Below, piece by piece: positions 27,944 to 38,637 of a stretch of 64,000 nucleotides of DNA. The position numbers were made by a program, and so were the translations under genes. This DNA is from a virus. Positions within the stretch are counted from its first letter, which is position 1. The number at the start of each line of letters is the position of its first letter. The notes beneath the pieces were generated by a model that was not told the DNA's origin, did no database searches, and saw nothing but the letters and a program-made list of their open reading frames with translations. The stretch is from the IMG/VR virus record IMGVR_UViG_3300003177_000010, positions 48,795 to 112,794 of that record; one strand, given 5' to 3'.

Positions 27944-29784
27944 TGAGTAACATAGTATTAAAAAATTTAACGTTCTCTAATATGTTTGGGTACGGCAAAG
28001 ATAATAGTGTGTGTCTTAATAGTAATAGTATTAGTCAGTTGTATGCTGAAAATGGATTCGGAAAATCGACAATAGCTCTAATAATACAAGAGCTATTGTT
28101 TAATAAAAACGTTAAAGGTATAAAAAAAACTGATATAATAAATCGCTATGTTAATGATAAATACTGGGAGGCATCATTATCCTTTAGTGCAGATGACTTA
28201 GATTATATAGTTAAAGTACGTAGACAAGGCGCTACTACTAAAGTTACCTTATTTGAGAATGATGTTGACATATCAGAGCATAAAGTCTTAGATACTTATA
28301 AAAAAATATCAAATATAATAGGCATGACATTTGAGGTATTTTCTCAGCTTACTTATCAATCTAGTGTTGACTACTTAGAATTTCTAAAAGCTACTGATGC
28401 AAACAGGAAAAAATTTTTAATAAAGTTATTTAATTTAGAGAAGTACATAACTATTGGTGAAGTTATGAAGGCAAAAGCTACAGACATCAGTAAGGAACTC
28501 TTGGGCCTAGAAGGCGAATTAAAATCTGTAGAGGACTTTTTAAATACAACTACAATTCCTGAGTATAAAACCGAAGTATCTATCCCTAAAATAAATAAAG
28601 ACATAATTATAAAAATAGCAGAGATTTCTGAAAAAATAAGTAATATTAATAGCATAACTAAGGCTATAGATGCTAATAACTTAAGAATTAAAGAGCGAGA
28701 CGCTTTAGATTTTGATATTAGCTTAGAAAAACCAGAGGACTTTAAGTATAAAAACGAAATGTCAACTTTAAAGTTTGATTTAACTAAGTTACAGTCAGAA
28801 ATTAGCCAACTTAAGTTAGATATAGCTAATATAGATACTACAGATATTTGTGAAACTTGTGGGCAGGCTATAAATACCGACCATCTTAAAGAAATTAAGA
28901 GTAAAAAAACTAAGTTACTTAATAGTAAAAAAGATATTCATAACCAAGGAAGTCATAAATTTATAGAGTTTGAAAAAGAAGCTAAAAGGATATATGAAGA
29001 AAATACTAGATATATTAATAACAAAAGATTAATAGAAAAATTTGAGCAACTAACTCAATTAATAGATACATCTATGGATACGGAGTATCCAGATATAGGG
29101 GCTTTAACTAAGGAAAAACATGAGCTGGTTGCTACTAACGCAAAAGAGCAACTGGCTAATGAAAAAGCGTATAATATCAATAGCTCAATTAAAGCTCATA
29201 ACGCTAAGGTAGATACACTAATTGAGCAAAAAAATGAATTTAAAGTTAGACAAAATACTTTATCTAATGTTATACTAAATAAATCTAGTCAGCACACAAA
29301 CTTAGATATATTAAAAAAAGCTTTCAGCACTACAGGTATAGTAGCTTTTAAACTAGAAAACCTAACCAAAGAGCTGGAGATCAATATAAACTACTATTTA
29401 GCGCTGCTAAGTGATGGTAAATTTCAAATTGAGTTCGTATTAGATAAAGAAAAGCTAAATATATCAGTTATAAGTGATGGTAAGACTGCTCCTATAGAGA
29501 CTACTTCTGGAGGTGAATTTAGTAGGATACAAACAGCTATTTTATTTGCTATACGTAATGTTTTAGCAAAACTCGGCGGTAGTAGTGTTAATTTACTATT
29601 TTTAGACGAGGTAATGTCAGTACTAGATGATGCAGGTAAAGAAGGGCTAATAGATATTCTATTTGAGGAACAAAATATAAATGTATTCTTAATATCTCAC
29701 GAATATACTAATCCATTAATACCGAAAATAATAATAAATAAAAAAGATAATATAAGTAATATAACTGATCAGTCAGTTAATTAA
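27943..29784 (+). CDS. SbcC/Rad50-like ATPase (T5 D13-like)
   Basis: NGFGKST, coiled coil with CETC hook, SGGE, LFLDE, ISH. Confidence 0.92.
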   Translation: MSNIVLKNLTFSNMFGYGKDNSVCLNSNSISQLYAENGFGKSTIALIIQELLFNKNVKGIKKTDIINRYVNDKYWEASLSFSADDLDYIVKVRRQGATTKVTLFENDVDISEHKVLDTYKKISNIIGMTFEVFSQLTYQSSVDYLEFLKATDANRKKFLIKLFNLEKYITIGEVMKAKATDISKELLGLEGELKSVEDFLNTTTIPEYKTEVSIPKINKDIIIKIAEISEKISNINSITKAIDANNLRIKERDALDFDISLEKPEDFKYKNEMSTLKFDLTKLQSEISQLKLDIANIDTTDICETCGQAINTDHLKEIKSKKTKLLNSKKDIHNQGSHKFIEFEKEAKRIYEENTRYINNKRLIEKFEQLTQLIDTSMDTEYPDIGALTKEKHELVATNAKEQLANEKAYNINSSIKAHNAKVDTLIEQKNEFKVRQNTLSNVILNKSSQHTNLDILKKAFSTTGIVAFKLENLTKELEININYYLALLSDGKFQIEFVLDKEKLNISVISDGKTAPIETTSGGEFSRIQTAILFAIRNVLAKLGGSSVNLLFLDEVMSVLDDAGKEGLIDILFEEQNINVFLISHEYTNPLIPKIIINKKDNISNITDQSVN

Positions 29785-29808
29785 AGCTAAACGAGTTTAG
29801 GAGAATAC

Positions 29809-32800
29809 ATGTTAGCAATAGGTAAAAAACCAATTAAATTTACTTTGAAAAAAGCATTTAAAGATAATCTTAATACCTTACCAGTAAAATGGGGATATGA
29901 AGGATTATCTGAATTTACTTTTTATAGAACGTATTCAAGAAAGAAAGAAGATGGTACTTTAGAAACTTGGGCAGATTGTGTAGCCAGAGTAGTAGAAGGA
30001 GTATTTAGTATATTAAAGACTCATGCAATATCCTCGAATCTGCCATGGAATGAGCAGAGATCACATAAGCTAGCAGAAGAATCGGCAGAAAGGCTTTTTG
30101 AATTTAAGTGGACACCTCCAGGTCGTGGTTTATGGATTATGGGTACTGACTACTTATGGGATAAGGGAGGCATGGCTCTATATAATTGTACTTTTGCATC
30201 TACAGAAAATATAGATGCTGATCTCAGTAAGCCTTTTGCCTTTGTTATGGATACTATGATGCAAGGAGTTGGAGCTGGCTATGATACAGACGGTGCCGGT
30301 AAATTAATAGTAAATGAGCCTATAGGAGATCCTGAATTAATTGTAGTTGAGGATACAAGAGAGGAATGGGTAGAAGCAATTTCATGCCTAATTGATTCTT
30401 ATCTAGAAGATGATAGTAATCCTATTTTAATAGATACACACAAAGTTAGAGCTTATGGAGAACCTATAAAAGGTTTTGGAGGAGTAGCAAGCGGTCCTGA
30501 ACCTTTGATACAAGGATTTCATGGTATTAAAGAGATATTAGATAATAGAGTTAATGAATTAATTACTGTATCAGATATTGTGGATATTATGTGTATAATA
30601 GGCAAAATAGTTGTAGCTGGTAATGTTAGACGAAGTGCTTTAATTACTTTAGGAGACGCTAATAACGAAGAATATATTAACCTAAAAAATTGGGATAGAC
30701 ACGCTATTGCAATGGGAGTAGAAGCTCCTTTAGAGCTAAAAGAAATAAGCGAAGAAGATTATAATAACTATAATAATTCTTACGATTCTAGAGAGGCTAT
30801 AGCTAAAAAATATGCTACCGAAAAATGGAGTTGGAAGTTTGGAGGTTGGCGTTGGGCATCTAATAATTCAGTGTATGCTAAAGCAGGGATGGATTATGAG
30901 AAATACGTTGATGCTATTGCTCAGAACGGGGAACCAGGCTTCTTCTGGATAGATACTGCAAAAAATTATGGAAGACTAGCGGACGGAATAGATGTTAGTG
31001 ATAGAGAGGTGAAAGGGCTTAATCCGTGTGTCAGTGGAGACACTTGGGTATTAACAGTCGAAGGCAATAAACAGGTTAAAGATTTAGTAGGAAAACCTTT
31101 TAAGGCTATAGTTAATGGTGAGGCCTATCCATCTACTGAAGAAGGTTTTTGGTCTACAGGAGTAAAACCAACTTATGAAGTAACTTTAGATAACGGTAGT
31201 AAAGTTGTAGCAACAGGTAACCATAAATTTTTAAATAATAAGGATGAATGGGTAGAATTATATAATTTGGAAATTGGTAACACGTTACAAATAAATAACC
31301 AAAAGCCTATTTGGGATAATGAAATAGGAAACCATCAAGAAGGCTACTTTATAGGGCAGTTAATAGGCGATGGTACATTCAGTCCAGATAATAAACCTAT
31401 TATAACTCTGTGGGTAGATAAAGATAAATATAGTAGTTTAAATGACTATGGACCTTATATTTATATACAAAAATGGCTTGCAACCTTACCTACTAGGAGC
31501 GCTTTTTTAGGTCTAAGTTTAGCTGTAGATACGGATAAGTATATGCAAGTAAGAGCCTCTTGTAGCGCTCTACAACAGATAGCTAATAAGTACGGAGTAT
31601 ACAAGTTAGAGAAAAAAGTTCCAGAATTTGGTAGTTTATCTTTTACTAAAGGACTACTTCAGGGTCTTTTTGACGCGGACGGTTCTGTACAAGGAGATCT
31701 ACAAAAAGGCGTATCTATTAGACTAACTCAGAATAATTTAAAAAGATTAGAAGCTGTACAAAGGCTTTTACTAAGTTTAGGTATAGCATCTAAAATATAT
31801 AAAGATAGGAAAAAAGAAGACTATTATAAAATGCCAGACGGTAAAGGCGGTAGTAAAGACTACTTATGTAAGGCAGTACATGAGTTAATAATTACTAGAG
31901 ATAGCATAGTAATATTTAATGAACAAATAGGTTTTAGAGATAACGCTAAAAAAGATAAACTTAACACTATTATTAATTCGTATACTAGAAAGCCTTATAA
32001 GTCTAAATATACTTATAAAATCGTATCTATAGTACCAAAAGGCGAAGAAGAGGTATACGATTGTACAATAAGTGAAGTTCATAGATTTAGCGCTAACGGT
32101 TTAATAGCTCACAACTGTGCTGAAATCGCCCTTGAGAGTTTTGAGACGTGTAATCTTAATGAGAACTACCCAGCCAACCACGAAGACTACTGGGATTTTC
32201 AAAGGACCTTAAAGTTTTCATATCTATATTCTAAGGCTGTAACTTTAATGGCTACAAACTGGCCAGAAACAAACGCTATTATTAGTAAAAATCGAAGAAT
32301 AGGTTGTTCTCTATCAGGAATACAAGAAGCGTTTATTAAATTTGGTAGACATAATTTCCTAGAGTGGGCTAATGATGCCTATGATTATTTAGGATATTTA
32401 GATAAGAAGTATTCTGACTGGTTAGGTATTCCTAAATCTAAAAGAAGAACTACAGTAAAACCTAGTGGAACTGTTTCATTATTAGCAGGAGCTTTACCAG
32501 GTATTCATCATACAGAATCTACTTCTTACTTTAGGTTAGTAAGAATAGCTACAACGTCACCACTAGTACAGATACTTAAAAATTCTAACTATAAAATAGA
32601 ACCAGCAACAAGCGATCCTACTAGAACATTAGTTGTATATTTCCCTGTAATTGTTGATAGTAGTTTACCTACTAAGAAAAATGTTTCTATATGGCAACAA
32701 TTTAAAGATTTAGCAGATATGCAGAAGTTGTGGGCAGATAATGCTGTATCTATAACAGTTACATTTTCAAAAGAAGAAAAAAATCAAATTGCTGCATGTC

Positions 32801-33009
32801 TAAGTGCTTTTGATAGTGAAATAAAGTCAGTATCTCTGTTACCATTCTCAGATCATGGATATGAGCAAGCTCCGTATACTGCAGCACCTTTAGAAGAGGT
32901 TCAGCAATATGCAGATACATTATTACCCTTAGACTTTAGTTTATTAACTTCAGAGGGTGATAATGCAGAATCAAATAAGTTCTGCTCTAACGACTCTTGT
33001 GAGATATAA
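29809..33009 (+). CDS. nrdJ: class II (B12-dependent) ribonucleotide reductase with intein
   Basis: FYRTYSR, PPGRGLW, YNC, VVAGNVRRSA, NP|CAE, TVKPSGT, C-terminal CxxxxC; no beta-subunit gene nearby. Confidence 0.92.
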   Translation: MLAIGKKPIKFTLKKAFKDNLNTLPVKWGYEGLSEFTFYRTYSRKKEDGTLETWADCVARVVEGVFSILKTHAISSNLPWNEQRSHKLAEESAERLFEFKWTPPGRGLWIMGTDYLWDKGGMALYNCTFASTENIDADLSKPFAFVMDTMMQGVGAGYDTDGAGKLIVNEPIGDPELIVVEDTREEWVEAISCLIDSYLEDDSNPILIDTHKVRAYGEPIKGFGGVASGPEPLIQGFHGIKEILDNRVNELITVSDIVDIMCIIGKIVVAGNVRRSALITLGDANNEEYINLKNWDRHAIAMGVEAPLELKEISEEDYNNYNNSYDSREAIAKKYATEKWSWKFGGWRWASNNSVYAKAGMDYEKYVDAIAQNGEPGFFWIDTAKNYGRLADGIDVSDREVKGLNPCVSGDTWVLTVEGNKQVKDLVGKPFKAIVNGEAYPSTEEGFWSTGVKPTYEVTLDNGSKVVATGNHKFLNNKDEWVELYNLEIGNTLQINNQKPIWDNEIGNHQEGYFIGQLIGDGTFSPDNKPIITLWVDKDKYSSLNDYGPYIYIQKWLATLPTRSAFLGLSLAVDTDKYMQVRASCSALQQIANKYGVYKLEKKVPEFGSLSFTKGLLQGLFDADGSVQGDLQKGVSIRLTQNNLKRLEAVQRLLLSLGIASKIYKDRKKEDYYKMPDGKGGSKDYLCKAVHELIITRDSIVIFNEQIGFRDNAKKDKLNTIINSYTRKPYKSKYTYKIVSIVPKGEEEVYDCTISEVHRFSANGLIAHNCAEIALESFETCNLNENYPANHEDYWDFQRTLKFSYLYSKAVTLMATNWPETNAIISKNRRIGCSLSGIQEAFIKFGRHNFLEWANDAYDYLGYLDKKYSDWLGIPKSKRRTTVKPSGTVSLLAGALPGIHHTESTSYFRLVRIATTSPLVQILKNSNYKIEPATSDPTRTLVVYFPVIVDSSLPTKKNVSIWQQFKDLADMQKLWADNAVSITVTFSKEEKNQIAACLSAFDSEIKSVSLLPFSDHGYEQAPYTAAPLEEVQQYADTLLPLDFSLLTSEGDNAESNKFCSNDSCEI
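31027..32115 (+). mobile_element. 363-aa intein with LAGLIDADG homing endonuclease
   Basis: starts CVSGDT, ATGNH, IGQLIGDG and LQGLFDADG, ends ANGLIAHN before the catalytic Cys. Confidence 0.95.
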
Positions 33010-33441
33010 ATGACTAAACTGTTTTATAAGAAATTAAGTGATAAAGCTATTACCCCTACAAGGGGTAATAGCACTGATGCAGGATTAGATGTATACGCTA
33101 CTAGTAGTGCATTGATAGAGCCTAATAGCAGAGCAATGATATCGACAGACATATGTTTTGGAATACCAGAAGGGTATTATTTACGTGTAGCCCCTAGATC
33201 TGGATTAGCGTATAAAAAAGGTTTAGACATTCTAGCTGGAGTAATAGATTCTAGTTACATAGGTCATTGTAAGATTATAATACAAAACACAGATAAAAAT
33301 AATAGCGTAGAAGTTAACATTGGAGATAAAATTGCCCAACTAATCCTTGAAAGAATTGATATACCAGAACTCGTAGAAGTAGAATCTTTGGGAAATACTG
33401 AACGAGGGTCTGCAGGTTTTGGGTCCACTGGGTATAAATAA
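33010..33441 (+). CDS. dut: trimeric dUTPase
   Basis: AGLD, PRSG, GVIDSSY, IAQL, RGSAGFGSTG. Confidence 0.95.
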   Translation: MTKLFYKKLSDKAITPTRGNSTDAGLDVYATSSALIEPNSRAMISTDICFGIPEGYYLRVAPRSGLAYKKGLDILAGVIDSSYIGHCKIIIQNTDKNNSVEVNIGDKIAQLILERIDIPELVEVESLGNTERGSAGFGSTGYK

Positions 33442-33451
33442 AAAAATATTA

Positions 33452-33480
33452 TTGACAAATTAGCCATTATTTACTAATAT
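33452..33480 (+). promoter_or_regulatory. sigma70-type promoter
   Basis: TTGACA-17-TAATAT. Confidence 0.7.
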
Positions 33481-33522
33481 AAGTTATAGACTACTTCAGT
33501 TTATATTTTATGAAAGATTATA

Positions 33523-34245
33523 ATGGCTAAACACAGAGTTAATAAGAATAAAAAGAATACCAATGAAGAATACCCGTGTAAAACTATAAGAATAGACGAT
33601 TTACCTGTATTAGAAGCACTTACAGCTAATCAACAAAAAGCCTTTGACGATTTTAGGGTAGATAAGAACATGGTTCTTCATGGCCTAGCAGGTACGGGCA
33701 AATCCTTTATTGGTATATACTTAGCATTAGAGCAAGTACTAGACCCTAGTAATAAATACAAAAAACTAATAATAGTTAGGTCTACAGTCCCAACAAGAGA
33801 TATGGGCTTCTTAAAAGGTAATGAAAAAGAAAAAATTGAAGTGTACGAGGCTCCTTATCGCAGTATATGTGAGGAGCTTTTTTCATATAAAGATGCATAT
33901 AAAGCCTTAAAGCAACAAAATAATATTGATTTTATTAGTACCTCTTATATTAGGGGAGTAACTTGGAATAACGCTATTATTATAGTAGATGAGTTACAAA
34001 ATATGACTTTCCACGAACTAGATAGCATAATTACTAGACTAGGTAGTAACTCTAAAATAGTGCTATGTGGTGATTACACTCAAACAGATTTATGTAAACA
34101 TAGTGATAAACAAGGATTACATAAATTTCTAGGCATAGTTAAGTCTATGGATTTTTTTACTTATATCGAGTTTAAAATAAAAGATATAGTAAGAAGTAAC
34201 TTTGTTAAATCATATATTATAGCAAAGTATGAGATGGAGAAATAA
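33523..34245 (+). CDS. phoH: PhoH-like ATPase
   Basis: GLAGTGKS, GFLKG, RGVTW, VDELQN, GDYTQTD, DIVRS. Confidence 0.92.
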   Translation: MAKHRVNKNKKNTNEEYPCKTIRIDDLPVLEALTANQQKAFDDFRVDKNMVLHGLAGTGKSFIGIYLALEQVLDPSNKYKKLIIVRSTVPTRDMGFLKGNEKEKIEVYEAPYRSICEELFSYKDAYKALKQQNNIDFISTSYIRGVTWNNAIIIVDELQNMTFHELDSIITRLGSNSKIVLCGDYTQTDLCKHSDKQGLHKFLGIVKSMDFFTYIEFKIKDIVRSNFVKSYIIAKYEMEK

Positions 34246-35549
34246 TGGCTTATAATAAGAGTAAAGCTAAAGGATCTGCATTTGAAGCGAAAATAGCTAA
34301 GCGACTAACTAGCGAATTTGGAAAAGAATTTAAAAGGGTACCTCTTAGCGGAGCTATAGAGTACCTTAAAAGTGATATATGGGTACCTTCTGATACTGCT
34401 TGGTTCCCTTATACTATAGAGTGTAAGCATTATAAAGAAGTTAACTGGAATGGTTTATTAACGGCTAAATCATCTGTAATATACAAATTCTGGGATCAGG
34501 CTACTAATGACTCTATAACAATGGATAAAAAGCCTTTATTAATTTTTAGGTGGGATAGGTCTAAAGACTACGTAGCCTTCTCTGATGATATTAGCCCAGA
34601 AGCATATATACACGTAAATTCTTTTGGCTACAAGTTTAAAATTGCTTTATTATCTGACTGGTTAATAGCAATAAAATCGCAAACTAATATAAAAGGAAAA
34701 TACATGAGTAAATCATGGAATGATTTAGCAGCACTAGAAGTGACAAATGAACCTACAGGAAATAATTTGTTACTAATAGATGGAAACAACTTAGCTTATA
34801 GGTTTTTGCGCCATAGAAACAGCGGTAATTACTCAAGTGACTATGTAAAGCTGGTGCAGTCATTAGCTAAGTCGTATAACGCTAGTAAAGTAATAGTATG
34901 TTTCGACTTCGGCAAAAGCTATTATAGGCTAAATCTATTAGAAGACTATAAAGGTACCCGGGAAAAACCTAGCGACCCTGATGAAATAAAAAAATTAGAT
35001 GAATTTTTTGCTGTTATGAACTTGCTACCAGAGGTACTACCCTATACTGTATTAAAATTTAGAGGAATTGAAGCTGATGACCTTATAGCGTACTTATCCA
35101 TTAATTTGTCCGACGACTATGATCATACATGGATAGTCTCTTCAGATAAAGACCTAATACAGTTAATAACAGATGGTGTATCAATTTTTAACTTATTTAG
35201 TAGGAAAGAAAGAACTATAGATTCTATATATGAAGACTTTGAGCTTACCCCTATAGAGTTTATGCACTCTAGGATAATTGAGGGAGATAAATCTGATAAT
35301 ATTATGGGTATTGAGGGTATAGGGCCTAAAAGAGCACAAACCTTAATAAAAACATATGGAACTGTATATAATGTTATAGACTCTTTACCTATATCAGGAA
35401 CATCTAAGTATATAAAAAACTTAAATGAAGGTAAGGATAAGCTAATCAATAATGAATTACTAATTAATTTGGCTGATTATCATGAAGACGCAATACTAGC
35501 AGGTAAAGATGGTGAGCAGGTATTAGACTATTTAGTAGATTTAGAATAA
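34245..35549 (+). CDS. in-frame fusion of D14-like Holliday junction resolvase and D15-like 5'-3' flap exonuclease (internal start 34704)
   Basis: SKAKG..FE, SG, D, IECK in the N-part; LIDGNN, YKGTR, EADD, SSDKD, GDKSDNI.GI.GIGPK in the C-part. Confidence 0.88.
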   Translation: MAYNKSKAKGSAFEAKIAKRLTSEFGKEFKRVPLSGAIEYLKSDIWVPSDTAWFPYTIECKHYKEVNWNGLLTAKSSVIYKFWDQATNDSITMDKKPLLIFRWDRSKDYVAFSDDISPEAYIHVNSFGYKFKIALLSDWLIAIKSQTNIKGKYMSKSWNDLAALEVTNEPTGNNLLLIDGNNLAYRFLRHRNSGNYSSDYVKLVQSLAKSYNASKVIVCFDFGKSYYRLNLLEDYKGTREKPSDPDEIKKLDEFFAVMNLLPEVLPYTVLKFRGIEADDLIAYLSINLSDDYDHTWIVSSDKDLIQLITDGVSIFNLFSRKERTIDSIYEDFELTPIEFMHSRIIEGDKSDNIMGIEGIGPKRAQTLIKTYGTVYNVIDSLPISGTSKYIKNLNEGKDKLINNELLINLADYHEDAILAGKDGEQVLDYLVDLE

Positions 35550-35684
35550 TTTTAGTATAAGGTACATAATAGCTTTGATAAAATTATTTTTATAAATTAC
35601 ATGTATAGAGAAAATTTTAACAGTAGTTATTTAGTTAATTTATACAATAATTAGAATAAATTTTTTATAATATTTGGAAATTTA

Positions 35685-36167
35685 ATGACGATAAGAGTGA
35701 TTGTAGCGTGCGATAGCACTTATGGTATTGGATACAAGGGTACTATCCCTTGGGGAGCTAATAAAGAAGACTTACGATGGTTTAAAAAGAATACATTAGG
35801 AAGTGTCGTAATAATGGGTAAAAATACCTGGGAAGACCCTAAGATGCCTAAACCCCTAATAGGCAGAACAAATGTAGTAGTATCTAAAAGTAGCATAACA
35901 GAAGGATTCGACACTAAGTTAACTAACTATAACTTAGAACCATATGTACGTATAATGAAGAGCCGAGGTATAAATATATATTTAATAGGAGGAGCTACGT
36001 TAATTAGGAATAACTTACATATAGTTGATGAAGTACTTATTAATATATTACCTTCTGTATATAACTGCGATACTTTTTTACCTATGGAAGAAATAAATAT
36101 GGACTTTTATTTACAACAAGAATTTACTAATACTAAAATACATACACTAAGATATATAAGAAAATGA
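35685..36167 (+). CDS. folA: dihydrofolate reductase
   Basis: GIG....IPW, DLRWFK, VIMGKNTW, PL.GRTNVV, IGGA, CDTF. Confidence 0.92.
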   Translation: MTIRVIVACDSTYGIGYKGTIPWGANKEDLRWFKKNTLGSVVIMGKNTWEDPKMPKPLIGRTNVVVSKSSITEGFDTKLTNYNLEPYVRIMKSRGINIYLIGGATLIRNNLHIVDEVLINILPSVYNCDTFLPMEEINMDFYLQQEFTNTKIHTLRYIRK

Positions 36168-37018
36168 TTCAATATATAGATGCACTAAAAAATGTATTGC
36201 ATAATGGTGAAGAGGTACTTGATAGAACGGGGGTAGGTACTAAAAGTATATTCGGCTATCAAATGAGATTTAATTTACAAAAAGGATTCCCTGCAGTAAC
36301 TACTAAGAGGCTAGCATGGAAATCCGTAGTAAGTGAATTATTATGGTTTTTAACTGGAAGTACTGATGAAAGAGAATTAGCTAGGATCTTATATGGGCAG
36401 AAAGAGTATAGTGATAAAAAAACTATATGGACCGCTAATGCTAATAAGCAGGGTAAAGATTTAGGGTATATAAACGACTCTTATAATAAATTTTTAGGCC
36501 CAATATATGGTAAGCAATGGCGAGACTTTGGAGGTGTCGACCAGGTTCAGCAGTTAATACGTAATATAAAAACTAATCCTTATAGCAGAAGACATATTAT
36601 ATCTGCATGGAATACTCCAGAGATAGCTAGTATGGCCCTACCTCCTTGCCATATACTAGTGCAGTTCGTAGTAAGAGACGGTAAGTTAAGCTGCCATTTT
36701 TACCAAAGAAGCGCAGATATGTTCTTAGGAGTGCCTTTCAATATAGCTAGCTATGCACTATTAACACATATTATAGCAAAATTAACTAAATTAGAGGTAG
36801 GTACTTTAGTACAGTCCATAGGAGATGCTCATATATATAATAACCATCTAGAGCAAGTGTCTACACAGATTAATAGAAAACCCAAAGAGTTACCAAAGCT
36901 ACTTATAGAAGATAACATAAATGATTTAGTTACTATAACTGATAACCCTTGTATAAGTAGCTATAAGTTAATTAACTATAAGCCTATGGGAAATATTAAA
37001 GCCGTTATGGCAGTATAA
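36164..37018 (+). CDS. thyA: thymidylate synthase
   Basis: DRTGVGT, ELLWFL, MALPPCH, YQRSADMFLGVPFN, DAHIY. Confidence 0.96.
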   Translation: MIQYIDALKNVLHNGEEVLDRTGVGTKSIFGYQMRFNLQKGFPAVTTKRLAWKSVVSELLWFLTGSTDERELARILYGQKEYSDKKTIWTANANKQGKDLGYINDSYNKFLGPIYGKQWRDFGGVDQVQQLIRNIKTNPYSRRHIISAWNTPEIASMALPPCHILVQFVVRDGKLSCHFYQRSADMFLGVPFNIASYALLTHIIAKLTKLEVGTLVQSIGDAHIYNNHLEQVSTQINRKPKELPKLLIEDNINDLVTITDNPCISSYKLINYKPMGNIKAVMAV

Positions 37019-37049
37019 AAAAAGCGGACCGAAAGGCCCGCTTTTTTTT
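37017..37049. terminator. bidirectional intrinsic terminator between the convergent replication and late blocks
   Basis: A7-GCGGACC-GAAA-GGCCCGC-T8. Confidence 0.9.
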
Positions 37050-37060
37050 ATTTAATAGGG

Positions 37061-37699
37061 TTAAGCTAATAATGCTTTAACTACTTTTAATGTACCTCCA
37101 GCATTAGCACCTCCGGAAGTGGAAGCAGTTACCGTTACTGTAGGAGACCCTACACCTCCAGTGCCTTTCTGGAAGTATGAATTAGCACTAGTATTCAAGG
37201 CAGACCAGCTTACTTCTACATTAGCGTTAGCTACTACACATCTATCAGTATCTCTAGAATCTACTCTATCAAAAATAACTTGTTTATTAGTAGTAGCCAT
37301 TGTAAGTTCACTATTGTGAGAAACTGAGAATACTGCATTAGAGAAGGTACATTCCTTAAATAGTAGAGGAGCACTAGCCGCCCCTATTTTTGTAACACAG
37401 GCTGTTCCTGAATTTATAGCAGCATTGGACCCTACAAAACTAATATTAGTAAAGGTAGTAGTATTAGCAGTAGTATTAGCTATAGTCATATCCCCTGCTA
37501 CTATAGTCTCTGCACGCTCACCTATACCTATAAAAGCTATATCATCATACACTGCATTAGTTGGAGCTGTATAGACTCCTGGGTACATAAGCACAGTAAC
37601 ATGTTGCTTAGCTAATATATCACTAGGAATAGCTGTCAATGACTTATAATTAGCTCCATCAGTTAATGTTGGGCTAACCTTAATTGTATATTTACTCAT
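37061..37699 (-). CDS. hypothetical protein, beta-helix-like, probably structural
   Basis: YPGVY and FIGIG motifs, Thr/Asn/Ala-rich; SD AAGGAG favours ATG 37699. Confidence 0.5.
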   Translation of the reverse strand: MSKYTIKVSPTLTDGANYKSLTAIPSDILAKQHVTVLMYPGVYTAPTNAVYDDIAFIGIGERAETIVAGDMTIANTTANTTTFTNISFVGSNAAINSGTACVTKIGAASAPLLFKECTFSNAVFSVSHNSELTMATTNKQVIFDRVDSRDTDRCVVANANVEVSWSALNTSANSYFQKGTGGVGSPTVTVTASTSGGANAGGTLKVVKALLA

Positions 37700-37724
37700 G
37701 GTATACATTCTCCTTATTTTTTAC

Positions 37725-37765
37725 GACGTATACTATATATTATACTTTTTTGTGGTATACGTCAA
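37725..37765 (-). promoter_or_regulatory. promoter embedded in an inverted repeat
   Basis: TTGACG-17-TAATAT; GACGTATAC 37725-37733 and GTATACGTC 37755-37763. Confidence 0.5.
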
Positions 37766-37769
37766 AATT

Positions 37770-38636
37770 TTAATTTTTTAATTTTTGTATTTCTACCTGT
37801 AACTCTTTTATAGCTTCTATTAGTACTCCTACTATATTACCGTAAGCTACTGACTTATACTCTGCTTCTGATACTACTTCAGGTAATATATTTTCTATTT
37901 CTTGTGCAATAACTCCTGTGGACTCTAAGCCATTTTTAATAAAATATACTCCACGCATAGAAGACACTTTTGATAAGGCATTATCAATAGTATGTATATT
38001 ACTTTTTAGCCTTATATCGGAAGCACTACTTATATCCCCTGATGCAACTATACTACCTACTATATCTAAGGCTTCAGAAGGGTTATTCTTACCTATGGAC
38101 ACATTAGATGTAGCTACTAAAATACTAGCAGTAAGACTTTGGCCTGTAGAGATTAAATTACTGTCTGTACTTAGTTCCATACCTGGCGGTATACCTACAT
38201 CAATAAAATCAGCCATAGTACGTGTATTGCCAGTAGCTAAATATAATCTAGCATTACTAGATAATAAAGCATTAGAAGACACGGTAGCTACTAGTTCTCC
38301 TATCTCATATGTAGAAGCATTAATAGCTAATGACGATATACCTTCTTCTAACCTATGACCTATACCTGCACGAGTAAAATTACCCCCAATAGGTGAGGAC
38401 TTTACCTGCTCACTATCTTCTACATACAAAGCTTTATTAGATGCATTCCAATGTAGCGTACCGTCTTGAGGGCCTATAGCCACTCCTTCTGCTATTATAT
38501 TAACACTAGTTGGAGCTACTGTAGACCTAAAATTAGTTAATAGAGACCTAAGAGAATCATTATTATACAGTCTAGATATGTTAAAAGATGTGCCAGCTGT
38601 GGCCTCTATATATGTGTTTGAAGGTACTATTGCCAT
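37770..38636 (-). CDS. tail fibre-associated protein with C-terminal S74 autoprocessing chaperone domain
   Basis: SDIRLKSNI, GVIAQE, terminal coiled coil. Confidence 0.8.
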   Translation of the reverse strand: MAIVPSNTYIEATAGTSFNISRLYNNDSLRSLLTNFRSTVAPTSVNIIAEGVAIGPQDGTLHWNASNKALYVEDSEQVKSSPIGGNFTRAGIGHRLEEGISSLAINASTYEIGELVATVSSNALLSSNARLYLATGNTRTMADFIDVGIPPGMELSTDSNLISTGQSLTASILVATSNVSIGKNNPSEALDIVGSIVASGDISSASDIRLKSNIHTIDNALSKVSSMRGVYFIKNGLESTGVIAQEIENILPEVVSEAEYKSVAYGNIVGVLIEAIKELQVEIQKLKN

Positions 38637-38637
38637 A

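Noticed and set aside
35550-35684. Very AT-rich gap as a replication origin
   Set aside because: No iterons or strong structure; more simply a promoter region for folA-thyA
36164-37018. ThyA as a pyrimidine hydroxymethylase providing a handle for DNA glycosylation
   Set aside because: Motifs are canonical, including the dUMP-specifying Asn (VPFN), and it is paired with DHFR
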